DNA of 32,541 bases from a virus. Its lineage: Duplodnaviria; Caudoviricetes. Both the position numbers and the translations under genes were made by a program. Where the stretch lies: IMG/VR virus record IMGVR_UViG_3300048576_000538, positions 1-32,541 of that record. One strand, 5' to 3'. The notes beneath the pieces are model-generated. The model made no database searches and had not been told where the DNA came from. It was given only the letters and a program-made list of their open reading frames with translations. This document shows positions 8,424 to 16,871 of this stretch, one piece after another (the first letter of the stretch is position 1; the number at the start of each line of letters is the position of its first letter).

Positions 8424-10382
8424 TTACCTGATTTTTGAATTTCTATTCGAGGTGTTTTTAAGTACCCCTACCAGCGTTTCGCCTTTTATCTTAAACTCAA
8501 CTTCGCCACCACTCACCGAACCGCTACCATTTACACCACCACCATTTATCATCCTAAATAGATTGGCTTGCTGACCGCTGTTTAGTATCATTTCGCCCGA
8601 GTTAACCAGCGCTGGCACCTTATCGCCGCTAAACGATGTGCCTGGCACAATACCGCCGCTTGCAAACTTCGGTATCGAGGTAATAATACTAATAGCACCC
8701 GCCGCCGTCGCCGCCATCGCCGCGAGGTTATAAGGGAAAGGTAGGCTTGCTTGTGCCGCTGCACCTTGCGCTAGCTGAATACCCAACAGCGCGGCTACCT
8801 GTGGTATCATCTGCGCTATCGTGCTCATTGTTTGCGCTCCCCAGCTAAGCCAATCGCCAGCATTACCGCCTATTGCATCCCCCAGCGAGCCAAATGCCTG
8901 TGATGTGGCCTCTAATCCACCTTTAACCTCATTCAACTCAATGCCTACTAGGTCGAAGGGTCTAACGTCGATTTTTTGAATGCTACTATTTAATCCCTCT
9001 ATTATTTCGTCGGCTTTTTTTGTATCATTTTCAAGGTAGTTGCTAAGATCAAAAGGCTTGATATTAATATCCTCACTTTCAATTTCTGGCGGTTGAAAAG
9101 TCATTCTCAAATTTGATTTCCCATCTAATTTAGACAGCTCTTCATTTGTCTTTTGCCTTAACTCCGTTAGTTTTTCCGAATACTGCTGCTCGTTTAAATA
9201 CTTATATTTTAGCTGATTATTTAAGGCTTTCAACTCTTTGCTGTAGCCAATTTCTATTGCCTTTATTTTCCCTTTGTCAGATTCGAGAAAAGCCTTGGTT
9301 GTTTCCTCTTGTGCTTTTTGTTGCGCCTTAAAACTCTCTGTATTTTTGCGCGTTTTGTTTGTAGCTTCCAGTATCTTTAGCGATGTATTGGCATTCGCTA
9401 CTGTTTGCTTTTGCGATACCATTTGCCGTTGCAACTCTATAGACTGCTCTGCTGTTAAGTTCTTTTGCTTTAGCGCGTCTCTAGTCGCCTCTACCTGCAT
9501 TTGTTGCAGTTCTCTATTAGCTATCAAATGCTTGCGCTTAAGCTGATATATTTGCTCTTCGCTCGCTCCCCTTGCCTCTGCCAGCTGCACCTCTAACGCT
9601 TGCGCCTTTGTTAAGCCACCTAGCATGTTATCGATTAGCGTCATTGTTCGAGCGGTTGCATCAAGACGCATTTGCGTTTTCATTGCGTTATTCTCCCAAA
9701 GCGCAATTGCAGTACCTATACCAATTACAGCCGTAAGAATAACAGCATAAGGATTAGCTGCAAGGGTTGCGTTAACCGCTGCAATTGCGGGTATATTCGC
9801 CAAATGCGCCGCCCTTTGCTTAATTGTTAACCCGAGCGCCGTTTCGTTAAAAAATACGGATGCTTCCTGTGCCGCGTTGGCAATACCCATTAACGCGACC
9901 GTCTTTTGCATGTACTGGTTTACCGTGTCGGTGTTAGCTCCAAAAAGCGACATAGTACCCGTTACCCCCTCGGCCAACGTGCTAACCGTCTTAATGCTCG
10001 ATGCCATTTTTTGAAATGGGTCGAGCGACATTTGCTTAATCGCGGTTTGGGCGTCGCCAATGCCGTCGGTTAACTCGGCCATGCGCTTCTTTACCCCGGC
10101 AATCTCAACATCCGATAGCTTCGAGAAGTCCATTTTCGACAGTTCTTTTAGCTGCCGCTTCATGGTGCCTATGTTCTGTTCGGCATCGCTTGCATTGGTA
10201 ACTAAGCGCTCAAATTGAGCGTTTGACGACCCCAGCCCCTTAACCGCGTTGTCTATGCCATTTAGGGTAGATTTAACGTCAGTACTCAACCCTTTAACAT
10301 TGTCCTTTGCCGACTTTACGCCGCTGTTAAAGTTCTTAGGGTCAAACCCTAAAAGCACGTATAGATTTGCTGATTTACCCAT
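8424..10382 (-). CDS. Tape measure protein
   Basis: Ala/Gln-rich helical protein with AANPY motif and C-terminal FASGGIVPG..GDKVPALVNSGEMILN. Confidence 0.85.
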   Translation of the reverse strand: MGKSANLYVLLGFDPKNFNSGVKSAKDNVKGLSTDVKSTLNGIDNAVKGLGSSNAQFERLVTNASDAEQNIGTMKRQLKELSKMDFSKLSDVEIAGVKKRMAELTDGIGDAQTAIKQMSLDPFQKMASSIKTVSTLAEGVTGTMSLFGANTDTVNQYMQKTVALMGIANAAQEASVFFNETALGLTIKQRAAHLANIPAIAAVNATLAANPYAVILTAVIGIGTAIALWENNAMKTQMRLDATARTMTLIDNMLGGLTKAQALEVQLAEARGASEEQIYQLKRKHLIANRELQQMQVEATRDALKQKNLTAEQSIELQRQMVSQKQTVANANTSLKILEATNKTRKNTESFKAQQKAQEETTKAFLESDKGKIKAIEIGYSKELKALNNQLKYKYLNEQQYSEKLTELRQKTNEELSKLDGKSNLRMTFQPPEIESEDINIKPFDLSNYLENDTKKADEIIEGLNSSIQKIDVRPFDLVGIELNEVKGGLEATSQAFGSLGDAIGGNAGDWLSWGAQTMSTIAQMIPQVAALLGIQLAQGAAAQASLPFPYNLAAMAATAAGAISIITSIPKFASGGIVPGTSFSGDKVPALVNSGEMILNSGQQANLFRMINGGGVNGSGSVSGGEVEFKIKGETLVGVLKNTSNRNSKIR

Positions 10383-10756
10383 TATTCAGGTATTGCGTTA
10401 AGTAGCGCGGTGGCGCGTTCGGTTATCTCTTCTTGTGTTAGCAGCGGCCTTGCTGCTTGTTGCTCCTCTTTCTCCCAGCTTAGCGGTATGAGCTTTTGCG
10501 GAGTTACCCCCTTTTGAGCGTAAGGCAGAATTGAGTAGTACCACCCTAAGCGTCTCAATTCTACCTTCTGCTTTTCTGTTTCGTTTGCGTATTCGAGCAC
10601 CGCCTCTAGCTCGCATGTGCTCATTTCGTCTAAAAAGTATTTGGGCGGTATTCCACACTTAACGACCGCAATCGCATACAAGCGGCGCATGCTTATACTC
10701 TCGCCCCGTGTGTTTTCTTTTTCTGTGCTGGCTGTCTCTGTGGATTGTTTTTTTTT
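10382..10756 (-). CDS. Tail assembly chaperone -1 frameshift extension (gpT-like)
   Basis: CGIPPKYFLDEMSTCE motif; lies in the -1 frame relative to the upstream chaperone, entered at an A9 run. Confidence 0.7.
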   Translation of the reverse strand, partial: KKKQSTETASTEKENTRGESISMRRLYAIAVVKCGIPPKYFLDEMSTCELEAVLEYANETEKQKVELRRLGWYYSILPYAQKGVTPQKLIPLSWEKEEQQAARPLLTQEEITERATALLNAIPE

Positions 10757-11022
10757 ACCGTAATGCAACGGTTGTAAATAACCGTAAGAGTGGGCACGGC
10801 TAAGTTGTTTTCTTCCTTTTCAACGGCATCAATAAACTCATCAAACGTTTGGTGGTAATCTTCGTTAGAGGCAATAAGAGCGCAATGGTACAGCGTTAGC
10901 ATATCCTTTAATCCTCTTATGTTGTTTATTGTTTTCCCGTCTGTTACCTCTTCGAAAAGCATAAATGTGCGAAACCCGAACCTGACGTTTAGTTCTTGCC
11001 CGTTAATTGTTACCTTATCCAT
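10693..11022 (-). CDS. Tail assembly chaperone (gpG-like)
   Basis: MDKVTINGQELNVRFGFR..FEE motif; between major tail protein and tape measure. Confidence 0.75.
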   Translation of the reverse strand: MDKVTINGQELNVRFGFRTFMLFEEVTDGKTINNIRGLKDMLTLYHCALIASNEDYHQTFDEFIDAVEKEENNLAVPTLTVIYNRCITVKKNNPQRQPAQKKKTHGARV

Positions 11023-11046
11023 GTTGCTGTATTTTTGTTATGCTTA

Positions 11047-11073
11047 TAAGTATTGAGTGGTGGCGTTTTTTTT
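11047..11073 (-). promoter_or_regulatory. Putative phage late promoter (chaperone/TMP/tail operon)
   Basis: A8-N10-CAATACTTA. Confidence 0.65.
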
Positions 11074-11086
11074 ATTACTAGCTACG

Positions 11087-11112
11087 AAAAAAGGAGGCAT
11101 AAGCCTCCTTTT
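11087..11112 (-). terminator. Intrinsic terminator after the major tail gene
   Basis: AAAAGGAGGC-TTAT-GCCTCCTTTTTT. Confidence 0.8.
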
Positions 11113-11135
11113 AAACAAAAACAGTACACGAACAA

Positions 11136-11552
11136 TTATACAGGTTTGGGAATTTTCGTTAACTTACCCGTACCATCTAACGACGTCGAATAGGTGGGTA
11201 TCTCACCAGCCCCCGACGATAATTCCCAGGTGGTTAAGAATGCTTTCCCCGAATACGTAGCGGTGGTACCGTCGATTCCATAGATAATGTCTACAGGGGT
11301 TCTAGCTACAATCTTATCAAATAGCATGTCTGCCGATTTGTTGCTAGTTCCAGAATCAAGACAATACGACCCATCTCCACTAATCGACCAGCCAAGCCGC
11401 CCCGCTAATTTTTCGGACCATTCGCCGTCCTCTTTAGTTACGATGTCTTTTGTGTCTAACTTTACCGAAAGCGTTGCCGTTTTATTGTAAGCTAACGGCT
11501 TTTTTGTTGCACCTTCGTCCAAATAAATCAATAGTTCGCCGTCAAATACCAT
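11136..11552 (-). CDS. Major tail tube protein
   Basis: TKEDGEW.E...GRLGWSISGDG and YSGKAFLT..ELS......TYSTSLDGTGKL motifs of TP901-1-like tail tube proteins. Confidence 0.85.
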   Translation of the reverse strand: MVFDGELLIYLDEGATKKPLAYNKTATLSVKLDTKDIVTKEDGEWSEKLAGRLGWSISGDGSYCLDSGTSNKSADMLFDKIVARTPVDIIYGIDGTTATYSGKAFLTTWELSSGAGEIPTYSTSLDGTGKLTKIPKPV

Positions 11553-11587
11553 AGCGCATTGTTTTTAATGAATATATTCTTGACTTA

Positions 11588-11614
11588 TAAGTATTGAGCT
11601 ATGGCTTTTTTTTT
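11588..11614 (-). promoter_or_regulatory. Putative phage late promoter (major tail gene)
   Basis: A9-N9-CAATACTTA. Confidence 0.65.
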
Positions 11615-11984
11615 ATTCTGAAAATCGAAACTGCCAGCCAAGCCTCACAAGGTAAACCCCTTTTTCGTCTACCATTTCATCTATAGACTGCAAGCGGCTA
11701 TAGTCAATGCTTAAGCCATCCATGTCGCCCTTTAGGTTTTGGAAAATTTCGACTATGCTACTGCTAATATCTAGCGCTTGCTTGTACTCTTCGGCAAGCA
11801 CTACGAAGTTGTAGCCTACCCTGCTGTTTACCCCTTCCTTATCGTACTCTATGGGGTGCTGCGTTTTCTCGAATACTACAGCAGGGAATTTGGTATCTTC
11901 AGGTAAAATCATGTTACCAACCGTAACACCCTCTAGTGTTTCGAGTTTGCTGCTAACGTACTTACTAATATAGATGCTCTTCAT
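11613..11984 (-). CDS. Tail terminator/completion protein (DUF3168-like)
   Basis: PEDTKFPAVVF..YDK motif; size; position before the tail tube gene. Confidence 0.65.
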   Translation of the reverse strand: MKSIYISKYVSSKLETLEGVTVGNMILPEDTKFPAVVFEKTQHPIEYDKEGVNSRVGYNFVVLAEEYKQALDISSSIVEIFQNLKGDMDGLSIDYSRLQSIDEMVDEKGVYLVRLGWQFRFSE

Positions 11985-12300
11985 GTCCGTTGTGTATTTG
12001 GTAGTGGCACTCTTTACAAATAGCCATTAGGTTATTTTCATCAAAACCGAGTCGCTGCATACCTTCCTTTGTTGTCGCGTTCGATATTTCGTTAACGTGG
12101 TGAACGTCGGTAGCTGCCCTTATCCTTCCGGCCTTTTTGCAGCACTCGCAAATCGGATGATTTGCCAGATAGTTTAGCCGCAAATCGCGCCACCGTTTGG
12201 TGTTGTACACCGTTTGGTGTATTAAATTCTCGTTCTTTTGGTGGTGCTTTTTGGGCGTTTCTGGGTATGTTTTGGCAAGTTTTGTACTAAGAGTTGGCAT
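11965..12300 (-). CDS. HNH endonuclease (HK97 gp74-like)
   Basis: YNTKRWRDLR..L..HPICECC..ATDVHH..NLMAICKECH..IH. Confidence 0.9.
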   Translation of the reverse strand: MPTLSTKLAKTYPETPKKHHQKNENLIHQTVYNTKRWRDLRLNYLANHPICECCKKAGRIRAATDVHHVNEISNATTKEGMQRLGFDENNLMAICKECHYQIHNGHEEHLY

Positions 12301-12808
12301 GTTTTTCTACTATTTTTTGTATGCTTTTTACTAGGTTTTCCGAAAGCGAATCGTAAAACTTTTGCTCGTTATTCCTAACAGCATTGTCGAAATATCGAGT
12401 AGGGTTAATGCTCCCCCGGTAGGCGCTCACAAATTGAGTTCGGTTAAACCCTTTTCGGTATTCCGATTTCCTTTTCGTCGCAGAATGCGGGTCGCCAGTT
12501 CCCTTGGTGTAGCGCTCTACGGTTCCCTCATCCATCCAACGGGCTATCCCTGCACTTGCAACAAGAGCCACAAATGGTTTTCCTTGGCGGCTCTTCCCTA
12601 TCTTAAATAGCTTGTTAGCATTAGCAGAAGATGCAGTGCAAGCCTTGTAGCCAGCCCTTGCAGCGTTTAGCATTGGCTTTGCCGATTCCTTAAGCCCGTT
12701 AATTATGGCCTTGCTCTCCATTTCTTCGCCAAGCGACGATAACAGGTAAAGCAGCTTATCATCACCTACAAGCTTACCAACCGTGCTGCTAACTCCTATG
12801 TTTTCCAT
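12287..12808 (-). CDS. HK97 gp10-like neck/tail protein
   Basis: RWMDEGTVER, GSINPTRYFDNAV motifs; position. Confidence 0.7.
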   Translation of the reverse strand: MENIGVSSTVGKLVGDDKLLYLLSSLGEEMESKAIINGLKESAKPMLNAARAGYKACTASSANANKLFKIGKSRQGKPFVALVASAGIARWMDEGTVERYTKGTGDPHSATKRKSEYRKGFNRTQFVSAYRGSINPTRYFDNAVRNNEQKFYDSLSENLVKSIQKIVEKHANS

Positions 12809-12812
12809 CTTT

Positions 12813-13130
12813 TTATAGGTTTACTTTTTCGAGCCTTACCTCCATGTAGTTCTTATAAGGGTATGGGGTAATGCCATCAACCTTATAGGTAACACCGCTT
12901 AAAATTGCTCGCATCCCCTCCTTAACCACGGGTCGGTAGTAGCACTCTATAATAAGGCTGTTGGAGTAAAACTTCTCATCGTTTTGCTCGGTCATTCGCC
13001 CCGAGTTTGTTACCACCTTGCACTTAAGGCTGGTTAGCTTGGCCCATACTTCTTTTGTGGTTGAAAATTCATCCTTAACCTTCGTCTTGTGCTGAATCTC
13101 TACAGGTGTTCTTAACTCCGATGTTCTCAT
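12813..13130 (-). CDS. Head closure / head-tail adaptor (SPP1 gp16-like)
   Basis: MRTSELRTPVEIQ..KDEF..W pattern, 105 aa. Confidence 0.75.
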   Translation of the reverse strand: MRTSELRTPVEIQHKTKVKDEFSTTKEVWAKLTSLKCKVVTNSGRMTEQNDEKFYSNSLIIECYYRPVVKEGMRAILSGVTYKVDGITPYPYKNYMEVRLEKVNL

Positions 13131-13426
13131 GCTATAGTGAATGTTTTGTAGGGATTCAGTAAAAACTCAAACGCATAAGGCACCTTGTAGCCCTGAGCAA
13201 ACGAAACGGTTGATCGATTCTCGTACCAATGGCAGCACATTAACAGCATTGCCATCTTAATATCCGGCTCGGGCTTGGTCGCATCCAGTACGGGTGTTTC
13301 GCCGTTTAGGTAGTTTTCCGTTGCCTTTTCGGCTGCTGTAATTAACAGCCCCAGGTAGGCATCCTCTTCGTTATACCCAGCCTCAATGTTTAGTTGCGCC
13401 TTAAGTTCGTCGAGTGTTATGTACAT
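13127..13426 (-). CDS. Head-tail connector (HK97 gp6-like)
   Basis: MYITLDELKAQLNI..EDAYL..LI.AA..HWYENR..LLNPY; start reassigned to ATG 13426. Confidence 0.9.
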   Translation of the reverse strand: MYITLDELKAQLNIEAGYNEEDAYLGLLITAAEKATENYLNGETPVLDATKPEPDIKMAMLLMCCHWYENRSTVSFAQGYKVPYAFEFLLNPYKTFTIA

Positions 13427-13442
13427 AGTTTTTCGTATTAGT

Positions 13443-13473
13443 AAAAAAGCCACCCCGTGCAGAGGTGGCTTTT
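13443..13473 (-). terminator. Intrinsic terminator after the major capsid gene
   Basis: AAAAGCCACCTC-TGCAC-GGGGTGGCTTTTTT. Confidence 0.8.
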
Positions 13474-13498
13474 AGTATTGGGGTTAAGCCTATTCTTT
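13472..13498 (-). promoter_or_regulatory. Degenerate putative late promoter (neck genes)
   Basis: AAAGAATA-N10-CAATACTAA abutting the terminator stem. Confidence 0.45.
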
Positions 13499-13501
13499 AA
13501 A

Positions 13502-14710
13502 TTACGCCTTGATAGAACCAACGGCGAAAGCCTCTTTGTGTGCCATGCCATAATCCCAGAACGAGTTAATGGTTAGGTATATTGCATTCTCGCGAGGCGC
13601 ATTCTCAACTTCGACGTTCATTGCTCCCCATTGACCTACTAGAAGCTGCGAGAAGTCTCCAAAGATCAGCGCTTGCTCTGCATTTGCTACTAAAGATGGT
13701 GCATTATTTGTACAAAGCAACTTGTATCCATTTACCTCACGATTCTCACAAATCATCTTTGCAGTATTTGCAGCAACAGCAGTTGTTTTAAGGATACCGC
13801 GCCCTTTCGAATTTGTAATATATACAGGCTGGTTTGCAATGCCATTAGCCGCATCAACAGCCGTTTCTAGGTTAACGACCTTCACAAAAGTAGCCGAACC
13901 ATTAACAGTTAATCCGGTGGTGTCAGTAGCGTTTGCACCAAGAGTCTTAATCATACCTGCTGGCATGGTAGTAGTTCCAGCAGCAGCACCTAAACAAGTA
14001 GCCTCTAACTTGTTTGCAATTGCTTTAACAATGCAACCACGTAGGTATAACTCTACATCTGGAGTGCTCTGCATAAGCAGTTGCTTACTCACTTTAATTG
14101 TTGCAACTAGGCGTTTAGGGGTAAGAGCCAAGTCATCAAAGCCGTTTGAATCATCATCTTTTTTAGTGTTCTCGGCCTCCCATGATGCTGAATTCCCATT
14201 ATAAACCGGAAATTTAATGTTACCTACTAATCCGGTAAGAACGTTTGCACCTGCTGCTGATAGTACAAGAGCAGCACGTAGAGCATCAATAATGCCCCCT
14301 GTTTCGGTTGTTATTACGCTTTGATCATCGGTTGCAGTAACAGCACGAAGCGACAAAGGAAGCGTTATTCCTGCTGCCTCAAGTCCTGAATCTTCCAACA
14401 TGCGGCGACCGCATTCTATGATTTCTAGCGTTTCGTCGCTGTACGAACGCCCGTTAAGGGTGTCGTTAATTATCCTAACAATTGATACCTCTTTTCCCAT
14501 TGTGGCGTTTCTTTTTTGTGGGTCTGTTGGTTTTGGGTTGTTGATTTTTTCTAGTTCTTCGTCGTAAGAGCGTATTTCTGCTTTCAGATCGGCTACCTGC
14601 TTTTCCTCTTCCCTGGTAAGCTTTCGCGTTTCCTTTTTACCTTCCTCAACAATCGAATCTATTGAGGCAAGCGCCTGTTTTCTTTTATCGATAAGTTCGA
14701 GTTTTGTCAT
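13502..14710 (-). CDS. Major capsid protein, HK97 fold with N-terminal coiled-coil delta domain
   Basis: W.AE, L.PKRL.....VSKQLLMQS, IFGDFSQL.VGQWG motifs. Confidence 0.92.
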   Translation of the reverse strand: MTKLELIDKRKQALASIDSIVEEGKKETRKLTREEEKQVADLKAEIRSYDEELEKINNPKPTDPQKRNATMGKEVSIVRIINDTLNGRSYSDETLEIIECGRRMLEDSGLEAAGITLPLSLRAVTATDDQSVITTETGGIIDALRAALVLSAAGANVLTGLVGNIKFPVYNGNSASWEAENTKKDDDSNGFDDLALTPKRLVATIKVSKQLLMQSTPDVELYLRGCIVKAIANKLEATCLGAAAGTTTMPAGMIKTLGANATDTTGLTVNGSATFVKVVNLETAVDAANGIANQPVYITNSKGRGILKTTAVAANTAKMICENREVNGYKLLCTNNAPSLVANAEQALIFGDFSQLLVGQWGAMNVEVENAPRENAIYLTINSFWDYGMAHKEAFAVGSIKA

Positions 14711-14731
14711 AACTTTTTTGGATATATGCTT

Positions 14732-14758
14732 TAAGTATTGGTTAGTCCTATTTTTTTT
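14732..14758 (-). promoter_or_regulatory. Putative phage late promoter (capsid)
   Basis: A8-N10-CAATACTTA. Confidence 0.65.
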
Positions 14759-14760
14759 AT

Positions 14761-15618
14761 TTAGGCTCGCAAGCCCTTCAGCTGCTCGTCTATCTGCTTG
14801 TAGTACGCCTCAATTTCGGCGGCTTTGGCGGCTTGATCTTCGCTAGCGCTTTCGCCAGTTAGCGGGTCTGTTTCGAAGTACTCTTCCGAGTATTCCCAAA
14901 TCCACTTTCCTTCCTTATCATATCCCCAAACCTCGGTAGTTACAATAAAGCCGTTCTTTATTTCGCGCGAACTTTTGCCCGTGGTAAGACCGTCGACCGT
15001 GTTGGTTACCGCCCAACTTCTCTTATTAAAGTTGTCGATGATTTCCTGTCTTTTTTGCTGTTCTGTTTCCATGCTTTCGAATTCTTTAATTGCCTCATCC
15101 TCGCTTCGCACCCCTACCTCTGTAGCCTCGTAGGCAGGGCGCGAAACTGGCGAAACGTCGTATATCTTAGCAAACTTGTTAATACGCTTAACGATTTGTC
15201 CGGCATCGTTGCGGGTTACCTCAACGTCGCTTTTCTTTACCGTAAAGGCAAACGACGAAGCGTCGATGTCACCCCTTAGCATTGCGTCGAGCAAATCCTG
15301 ATTAGCTGACGGAACTTCGAAGCGGTACCACAAACCCACCTCATCTACCACCAGCTCCAAGGTGTTTGGCTTGGTTCTTTCACCTCGCACGTTCTCGCCA
15401 CGGTAGCGAGCCATTGGCACTGGTACATCGTTGTGATTGACTACACAAAGCACGTCGCTATTTTCCAGCACCCCATCTAGGGCACCACGCGAGATAATTT
15501 CAACAAATCCCCCAAGGTCCTTGCTCGCTTCTTCGAACTTTAGCGCGTACCCCTCAACGTATCGACTCCCCTCTTCGGTTCTAAACTCGGTCGTATAGCT
15601 CCTTTTAATCTTTGTCAT
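14761..15618 (-). CDS. HK97-family prohead protease with long C-terminal extension
   Basis: VEGYA.KF, GGFVEII..GA, NHN, RGDI..SSFAF, DVSPV..PAY..T motifs. Confidence 0.92.
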   Translation of the reverse strand: MTKIKRSYTTEFRTEEGSRYVEGYALKFEEASKDLGGFVEIISRGALDGVLENSDVLCVVNHNDVPVPMARYRGENVRGERTKPNTLELVVDEVGLWYRFEVPSANQDLLDAMLRGDIDASSFAFTVKKSDVEVTRNDAGQIVKRINKFAKIYDVSPVSRPAYEATEVGVRSEDEAIKEFESMETEQQKRQEIIDNFNKRSWAVTNTVDGLTTGKSSREIKNGFIVTTEVWGYDKEGKWIWEYSEEYFETDPLTGESASEDQAAKAAEIEAYYKQIDEQLKGLRA

Positions 15619-15623
15619 ATTTC

Positions 15624-16826
15624 TTATTTAATCGGTTCCTCTTTATCGGCTGCTAGCTTGTCTATTGGCTGTAGGTTAACCTGCACAAACGCACGGTTGC
15701 CCCCGGTTATGGGTACGTTGTTAATCTTTTGCCGTATATCGTTGGTGGTTAACGCCCCTACATTGTGCAACTTGGTATAGTAGTCTGCCTGGCTGGTAGC
15801 ATCTAGGCGGTAAAGGTTTGATGTGTCGAAAAGCAAATCTACCTTATCCCATTCCGAGCGAAGAAACAGTTTTCTGAATAGCTCGTTTTCAATTCGCTCT
15901 ATGATTGGCTGTAGGCAGTTTGCTAAAAAGTCGAGCATAGCCCCTTCTTGCGTGTTGTACTTGTTATCGCCAGCAAAGAGCATTGCAAGCGGCACCCCAA
16001 ACCACCGGGCAATGTCGCTAATGTTAAAGGTTCTGGTTTCTAGCAGCTGGCTATCTTTGGGTGAAATACTTACCGTTTGAAATTCCAACCCGCTGTCGAG
16101 CACTACTATTCCGGCGCTGTTATTCCCTAAGTCGGGGTTTAACGATTCTTGCATGCGCTGCTTGGCCCTAGTAGCCTCCCCCGTCTTTAGATTAACGCCA
16201 TCTTTCGGGCGAAGAATCCCAGCCATGCTTGCGCCGCCCTTAAAGAAATTTCTGGCGTGGTTGTCGCTATCGTAAGCCAGCCCCAGCGAGTTAGCGGCAA
16301 AGCCTAACACCGATTCGCCAACTATCCCAAAGTTATCCCCCGAGAAGTTGGCAATGTGTATAATATCATCCGAATCTATTGGCGTTTTGTTGTAGGTGTA
16401 AACCAGTTTATCATCCTTTACGGTAATAACCATTAAGTCAGGATTCAATAGTTTTAGCGAGTTAATGGTGTTGTCATTATCCCTATCTACATAGATGTAT
16501 GCGTTTCCTTTAAGCAGCATGTAAACCACGATAGCCTTTTTAAAGGTAAAGCCTCCCATTACCTCGTTTGGCTGCACGTTTAGCAGGTAGTACAAATCAT
16601 CGTACTTCTTATAGCGAAAGTCACCTGCAAAATCATAGTTGCAAATTTCGAGCTTGGCGATGCTGTCGGAAATAATGTTGATGGCCCGGTAAACCGTGCT
16701 AATCTTAAGCGCCTTGCTTTTGCTGTACGAAGATGAAGAGGTGCCAAATTTGAGGTAGCCTAAAATCGGGTTGCGCGAAATACCGTCAACCGATTCCAAC
16801 CCCATAAAGCGCTTAAATAATCTCAT
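15624..16826 (-). CDS. HK97-family portal protein
   Basis: VYRAI.IIS..IA.L, LL.GNAY, FF.GGA..AGIL, SPKDSQLLETR.F...IAR.FGVP; start reassigned to ATG 16826. Confidence 0.93.
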   Translation of the reverse strand: MRLFKRFMGLESVDGISRNPILGYLKFGTSSSSYSKSKALKISTVYRAINIISDSIAKLEICNYDFAGDFRYKKYDDLYYLLNVQPNEVMGGFTFKKAIVVYMLLKGNAYIYVDRDNDNTINSLKLLNPDLMVITVKDDKLVYTYNKTPIDSDDIIHIANFSGDNFGIVGESVLGFAANSLGLAYDSDNHARNFFKGGASMAGILRPKDGVNLKTGEATRAKQRMQESLNPDLGNNSAGIVVLDSGLEFQTVSISPKDSQLLETRTFNISDIARWFGVPLAMLFAGDNKYNTQEGAMLDFLANCLQPIIERIENELFRKLFLRSEWDKVDLLFDTSNLYRLDATSQADYYTKLHNVGALTTNDIRQKINNVPITGGNRAFVQVNLQPIDKLAADKEEPIK

Positions 16827-16845
16827 GCTTTTCTGTATTTTTCCA

Positions 16846-16871
16846 TAAGTATTGTTTACCCGTATTTTTTT
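16846..16871 (-). promoter_or_regulatory. Putative phage late promoter (portal)
   Basis: A7-N10-CAATACTTA. Confidence 0.65.
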
